A stretch of DNA of 64,000 nt, taken from the NCBI GenBank assembly GCA_017651165.1, contig JAGCDH010000003.1, positions 2,654 to 66,653 on the forward strand. The letters run 5' to 3'. Below, piece by piece: positions 59,289-64,000 of this stretch. The stretch comes from Bacilli bacterium. GTDB lineage: Bacteria > Bacillota_I > Bacilli_A > RFN20 > CAG-826. Positions within the stretch are counted from its first letter, which is position 1; every line of letters begins with the position of its first letter. The position numbers and the translations under genes were made by a program. The notes under the pieces were generated by a model. It searched no databases. It was not told the origin of the DNA and saw only the letters and a list, made by a program, of their open reading frames with translations.

Positions 59289-61502
59289 ATGGAAAATAAG
59301 AAAGCTCCTGTCAATGGTGGTTATCGTCTTCATACTTTTCAAGAAGTAGAAGACGTCTATATGCTTTATATCTCTTCTCAGGAAGATAGGAGAAGAATTA
59401 GAGAAGCATATGATTTTATTATGCTTAAGCATAATGGTCAGTTCCGTCGTTCAGGTGAACCATATTATCATCACTTAGTGGAAGTCGCCTTTATTCTCGC
59501 TTCTTTACAGTGCGGTCCTAATACGATTATCGCGGGTTTATTGCACGATGTCGTAGAAGACACCGACGTGTCCATTGAAGATATCAATAAAAAGTGGGGC
59601 GAAGAAGTTGGTAAGATTGTCGACGCTTTAACTAAGATTCAAAGATTAAAATTATCCAAAATTACCAGCGAAGAGTTTGAAGCGGAAGATCACCGCAAGA
59701 TTTTCATTGGCATGGCCAAAGATATCCGTGTCATCATCATCAAGCTCGCTGATAGATTACATAACTTACGTACCTTAGGGGCTTTAAACCCTGATAGGCA
59801 ACAAGCCATCGCTAAAGAGTCAATGGAAGTTTTCGTCCCAATCGCCGAAAGACTTGGTCTTGATATTATCAAAAGTGAGATGGAAGACATCTGTATTTCC
59901 TATCTTGAACCAGAAAAGTATCAAGAGATTAAAAGACTCTTATCTAAGAAATCAAAGATTTTACAAAAATCACTCGATGGCCTAAAAAAGAGAATCGCTG
60001 ATGCCTTATTCGAAAAGGACATTCCTTTTGAAATCTCTTCTCGTGTTAAATCTATTAATTCGATTTATCGAAAGATGTACGTTAAAGGCCATCCATTTGA
60101 AGAGATTTATGACATCTTAGCCCTTCGTATTATAACTAAGACTGAAATCCAATGCTATGAAATACTTGGTTTAATCCACCAAATGTATAAACCAGTGCCT
60201 GGTCGTTTTAAAGATTACATCGCCATGCCAAAAACCAATATGTATCAATCTTTGCATACCACAGTGGTTGGTGGTGATGGGAACTTCTATGAAGTTCAAA
60301 TCAGAACAGAAGAAATGGATTCCATCGCAGAGACCGGCATTGCCGCGCACTGGGCTTATAAAGAAGGTGGCTATAACTCTCAAACTGAACAAAAAGAAAT
60401 TGAAAATAAATTACACTGGTTCAGAGACTTTGTGGCTTTGTCCAGTGAATCTGAAAATGATAACGCCAGTGAATACATGGACAACCTCAACCATGATATT
60501 TTCGAATCACATATTTATGTCTTTACTCCAAAAGGTAAAGTTATCGAACTTCCAAGCGGATCAACACCGGTTGATTTTGCCTATAGAATTCACACCAAAG
60601 TGGGTGACCAATGTGTTGGCGCGTTAGTCAATGGCATTATGGTGCCGCTTAACACCGTTTTGGCCAATGGTGACATGATTGAAATTAAAACTTCTCGTAC
60701 ATCCGTAGGCCCAAGCGAAGGTTGGTTAGACTTTGTTGCCTCTAACTCTGCTAAATCAGCGATTAAGAAATTCATCGCTAAGAAGAACGCATCTTTGATG
60801 CGTGATGAAAGAATCCAAAGAGGCAAACAAAGCTGTATTGATGCTTTCCATGAACGCGGTGTGGAAGAAGAGGAAATGATGAAGATGCTCGATACTGAAA
60901 AAGTATTGAACTATTTCAATGTTGCTGATCTCGATTCCTTGTTCGTTGGTGTTTCGGGTAGAAAACCAACCGCTAACTCCATCGTTGAATTTTTAAAGAT
61001 TAAAAAACCAGTTAATTTGGTTTTGAATACCGTCAAAAGAAGAGATTCTAAGTCTGATTCTTGCCCAGTCTACTGTAAAGGTGCTGGTAAGATCGCTATT
61101 GCTTTAGCAAACTGTTGCACACCAATTCCTGGTGATGGCATAGTGGGCTATATTACCAAAGGCAAAGGTATTTCTGTCCATCGTAGAAATTGCCCGAATA
61201 TCATCAATGAAAAGGAAAGACTTTTAGATGTCTATTGGCGTGACGATATTGAATTCGCCACTTACCCAGTTGATATCGTCATTGAAGCGAGCGATCGCAA
61301 CAACTTATTAGTGGATATGATGGCGGTATTTAATAACGCAAAGGTGGGCGTTAATAATTTACATGCGCGCAGTAACACGCAAAACTTATCAGCCACCATC
61401 AGCGCAACAATCATGGTCTCAGACGCGAAACGCCTGCATGATATCTGTGTCTTGCTCAGAGGTATCACTGGTGTCTATCGTGTTGACCGTGTGATACATT
61501 AA
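59289..61502 (+). CDS. rel: Bifunctional (p)ppGpp synthetase/hydrolase (RelA/SpoT homologue)
   Basis: HD hydrolase domain (HLVEVA...LLHDVVEDT), synthetase domain (RVKSINSIYRKM...YQSLHT), TGS and ACT domains. Confidence 0.9.
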   Translation: MENKKAPVNGGYRLHTFQEVEDVYMLYISSQEDRRRIREAYDFIMLKHNGQFRRSGEPYYHHLVEVAFILASLQCGPNTIIAGLLHDVVEDTDVSIEDINKKWGEEVGKIVDALTKIQRLKLSKITSEEFEAEDHRKIFIGMAKDIRVIIIKLADRLHNLRTLGALNPDRQQAIAKESMEVFVPIAERLGLDIIKSEMEDICISYLEPEKYQEIKRLLSKKSKILQKSLDGLKKRIADALFEKDIPFEISSRVKSINSIYRKMYVKGHPFEEIYDILALRIITKTEIQCYEILGLIHQMYKPVPGRFKDYIAMPKTNMYQSLHTTVVGGDGNFYEVQIRTEEMDSIAETGIAAHWAYKEGGYNSQTEQKEIENKLHWFRDFVALSSESENDNASEYMDNLNHDIFESHIYVFTPKGKVIELPSGSTPVDFAYRIHTKVGDQCVGALVNGIMVPLNTVLANGDMIEIKTSRTSVGPSEGWLDFVASNSAKSAIKKFIAKKNASLMRDERIQRGKQSCIDAFHERGVEEEEMMKMLDTEKVLNYFNVADLDSLFVGVSGRKPTANSIVEFLKIKKPVNLVLNTVKRRDSKSDSCPVYCKGAGKIAIALANCCTPIPGDGIVGYITKGKGISVHRRNCPNIINEKERLLDVYWRDDIEFATYPVDIVIEASDRNNLLVDMMAVFNNAKVGVNNLHARSNTQNLSATISATIMVSDAKRLHDICVLLRGITGVYRVDRVIH

Positions 61503-61512
61503 GGAGAGAAAT

Positions 61513-62829
61513 ATGGCAGTTAATAATGTTAAAGGAACCCATGATGTTATCGGGGAAGAAGCTAGTGCTTTTAACTATATTGAAAACTTGCTCAAACAAA
61601 TTTGTGAACTCTTCGCTTATAACGAAGTGAGACCTCCAGTCATGGAGTATAGCGAGTTATTTGTTAGAGGCGTTGGTGAAGGTAGTGATATCGTTAGAAA
61701 AGAAATGTACACATTTCTTGATAAAGCGGAACGCTCCGTTACATTACGTCCAGAATTTACCGCTGGGATCATGCGTCTCATCATTCAAAACAAATTATTA
61801 GCGACAAATGAATTACCATATAAGGCCTATTACTGTGGTCCAGTTTTCCGTTATGAAAGACCACAATTAGGTAGATATCGTCAGTTTAATCAATTCGGCG
61901 TGGAAGCAGTGGGCAACAATTCTCCAGAAGTGGATGTTGAAGCCATCGTTTTAGCGTATACAATCTTAAGTTCTTTGAACTTAGATAACGTCAAAATCGC
62001 CATCAATACTTTAGGCGATGATGAATCACGCAATGCTTATAAAGAAGCTTTAAAAGCTTACTTTGCCAAGCACTTAGATAAGATGTGCCCAGACTGCCAT
62101 AGCCGCTACGAATTAAACCCATTAAGAATTCTCGACTGCAAAGTTCCAGAAGATCAAGAAATCGTTAAAGGCGCACCAAGGATGAAAGATTATTTATCCG
62201 AGGCTGCGAAAAATAGATTCAATCGCGTTTTATCTCTCTTAGACGACTTAAATATCCCATATCAAGTCGACGACACTTTAGTGAGAGGTCTAGATTACTA
62301 TGCCGAAACCGTCTTTGAATTCCATTATGTCTCAAAGACCGGTAATGATTATGGCGCCATTGGTGCGGGCGGTCACTATGATAAACTCGTTAAAGAGTTA
62401 GGCGGACCAGATGCCGCAGGTGTTGGTTTCTCCTTCGGTGTGGAAAGACTTTATAGCGTTCTTAAAGACGATGGTTTGTTACCACAAGGATTAGATAATC
62501 CGATTGAAATATACGTCATGCCAATTGGTGATAAGGCCAAAGCCTTAGCTATGAGCGTGAGCGCTAATTTGCGCTTATCAGGCTATCGTGTTGACATGTG
62601 CTACGAGGATGTCAAGCTCGCTAACATGTTCAAACGCGCTGAGAGAAAAGGCGCTCAGTTTGCCATCATCATTGGTGAAGACGAAGTTAACAAAGAAGAA
62701 GTAGTTATCAAAAACTTAAAAACCACAGAGCAAAAGAGTTGTCCTCTAGACAAACTTGTGTGTGCCATTTCTGAAGAGATGGGCGATGAATGCTGCGATG
62801 GTAACTGCTCATGTCATCATAAGGAGTAA
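61513..62829 (+). CDS. hisS: Histidine--tRNA ligase with an unusual Cys/His-rich C-terminal tail
   Basis: Class II motifs (MYTFLDKAERSVTLRPEFT, YYCGPVFRYERPQLGRYRQFNQ, GGGHYD). The C-terminal tail carries six Cys and two His. Confidence 0.9.
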   Translation: MAVNNVKGTHDVIGEEASAFNYIENLLKQICELFAYNEVRPPVMEYSELFVRGVGEGSDIVRKEMYTFLDKAERSVTLRPEFTAGIMRLIIQNKLLATNELPYKAYYCGPVFRYERPQLGRYRQFNQFGVEAVGNNSPEVDVEAIVLAYTILSSLNLDNVKIAINTLGDDESRNAYKEALKAYFAKHLDKMCPDCHSRYELNPLRILDCKVPEDQEIVKGAPRMKDYLSEAAKNRFNRVLSLLDDLNIPYQVDDTLVRGLDYYAETVFEFHYVSKTGNDYGAIGAGGHYDKLVKELGGPDAAGVGFSFGVERLYSVLKDDGLLPQGLDNPIEIYVMPIGDKAKALAMSVSANLRLSGYRVDMCYEDVKLANMFKRAERKGAQFAIIIGEDEVNKEEVVIKNLKTTEQKSCPLDKLVCAISEEMGDECCDGNCSCHHKE

Positions 62830-62832
62830 TTT

Positions 62833-64000
62833 ATGGAAAGAACTCATTACAACAATGACCTTAGTCTGAGTAATTTAGGTGACAAAGTCACCTTACTAGG
62901 CTGGGTTAGCAAAAGAAGAAACTTAGGAGCCATCTTATTTATCGACTTAAGAGACCGTTCTGGTATCGTCCAAGTCGTCGTTAACGATGGTGTAGAAGTT
63001 CCAGACGTCCGTAACGAATACGTCATCCAAGTCAAAGGCACCGTCGCGAAACGTGCCGTCGCTAATCCTAAGTTAAAAACTGGCGAAATCGAAGTCATCG
63101 CCGATGAAATCGTTTTACTCAATACCGCCAAAACAACACCGTTAATTATCGCTGACGAGACTGACGCTCTCGAAGATACGCGTTTAAAATATCGTTATCT
63201 CGACTTACGTCGTCCTTGCATGCAGCATTATTTTGATATTAGAGACACCATTAAAATGACTGTCCATAGCTTTATGCATAGACACCACTTCATAGAAGTG
63301 GAAACACCAATGCTTTGCGCAAGCTCACCTGAAGGCGCGAAGGAGTATTTAGTGCCTTCCCGCATCCATCACGGACAATTCTATGCGCTCCCACAAAGCC
63401 CGCAAATGTTTAAGCAACTTTTGATGGTGGCTGGTTTTGAAAGATATTATCAAATCGCTCGTTGCTTTAGAGATGAAGACTTAAGAGCGGACCGTCAACC
63501 AGATTTCACTCAAATCGACGTTGAGACATCTTTCTTAGATCAAAATCAATTCCTTTCCTTAATGGAAGAACTCATTAAAGACATTTTTAAGAACACAATT
63601 GGCTATGATGTAAAACTACCTTTGAGACAAATGACCTATAAAGAAGCCATGGAACGCTTTGGTAGTGATAAACCTGATACTAGATTTGGTATCGAACTCC
63701 ATAATATCAAAGATATCTTCGCTAATTCGAGCTTTGAAGCTTATCAAAAAGCGGAAGCTATTAGATGTATCGTTGTGCCAGGCGTGGCCTCGACTACAAG
63801 CCGTAAAGTTATCGACAATTTGGCTTTAGAAGCCAAAAAGTTCGGTTTAGGCGGTATCACGGTCATTAAAAAGGAAAACGATGAACTTACCGGTTCCTTC
63901 GTAAAATTCCTCTCAGAAGCCGAAAATAAGGCCTTAAACGCTGAATTAGGTTTAAGTAATGACGACCTTTTAATCATTGCTGCGGGTAATGATAACCGTG
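62833..64000 (+). CDS. aspS: Aspartate--tRNA ligase, N-terminal part (gene continues past the window end)
   Basis: MERTHYNNDLSLSNLGDKVTLLGWV anticodon-binding OB fold. Motif 1 LRYRYLDLRRP and FYALPQSPQ. RBS AAGGAG. The ORF track omits it because it is edge-truncated. Confidence 0.9.
   Translation, partial: MERTHYNNDLSLSNLGDKVTLLGWVSKRRNLGAILFIDLRDRSGIVQVVVNDGVEVPDVRNEYVIQVKGTVAKRAVANPKLKTGEIEVIADEIVLLNTAKTTPLIIADETDALEDTRLKYRYLDLRRPCMQHYFDIRDTIKMTVHSFMHRHHFIEVETPMLCASSPEGAKEYLVPSRIHHGQFYALPQSPQMFKQLLMVAGFERYYQIARCFRDEDLRADRQPDFTQIDVETSFLDQNQFLSLMEELIKDIFKNTIGYDVKLPLRQMTYKEAMERFGSDKPDTRFGIELHNIKDIFANSSFEAYQKAEAIRCIVVPGVASTTSRKVIDNLALEAKKFGLGGITVIKKENDELTGSFVKFLSEAENKALNAELGLSNDDLLIIAAGNDNR

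Noticed and set aside
63744-63977. 77-aa minus-strand ORF
   Set aside because: It is antisense within the clearly coding aspS gene and is a shadow ORF. The same applies to the other short antisense ORFs inside pheT, ileS, lon, secDF, relA and others listed in the track.
1-64000. CRISPR arrays, IS elements, integrases or prophage genes
   Set aside because: I saw no regularly spaced direct repeats and no transposase or integrase-like ORFs in any frame of the track. The window is almost entirely housekeeping and accessory metabolic or signalling genes.

Overview
This window reads as a low-GC chromosomal segment, almost all of it coding and mostly on the + strand, and it uses the standard genetic code: TGA is a stop, for example at the end of mutS2. 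Gene order follows the conserved Firmicutes/Mollicutes housekeeping backbone. In order it carries pheS-pheT, mraZ-rsmH-(FtsL-like)-ftsA-ftsZ, ileS-lspA-rluD, rnhC (minus strand), mutS2-uvrC, a tRNA-Arg(UCU), rarA, tig-lon-engB, valS, radC, rplU-prp-rpmA-obg-nadE, ruvA-ruvB, secDF, recJ, relA/spoT, hisS and the start of aspS. The division cluster jumps from rsmH straight to ftsA-ftsZ with no peptidoglycan genes (no pbp, mur, mraY or ftsW). Together with the abundant 'SAC' lipobox lipoproteins, that suggests a wall-less Acholeplasma-like (Mycoplasmatota) lineage; this is inference only. Two T-box leaders precede ileS and valS. The stretch between tRNA-Arg and rarA looks accessory. It holds a 1295-aa membrane protein with GGDEF, degenerate GGDEF and EAL domains, and a second membrane GGDEF protein. 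It also holds a translationally coupled pair of RimK-type ATP-grasp ligases behind a small 2-TM protein, a hemolysin-III-family protein, an overlapping msrC (GAF-type fRMsr) and msrA pair, a P-loop NTPase and an orphan ECF S-component. Other points of interest are surface lipoproteins with PTP-like (HCx5R) phosphatase domains, one of them with Cys-repeat modules, and an Endonuclease-I-family lipoprotein nuclease whose start codon overlaps the ftsZ stop codon. There is also a 380-nt structured, GC-rich non-coding region upstream of rplU, which is a candidate ncRNA or L21 leader. The six-frame ORF track omits ORFs that run off either edge of the window; I added the ones I could read. I saw no CRISPR array, no transposase or integrase and no rRNA.
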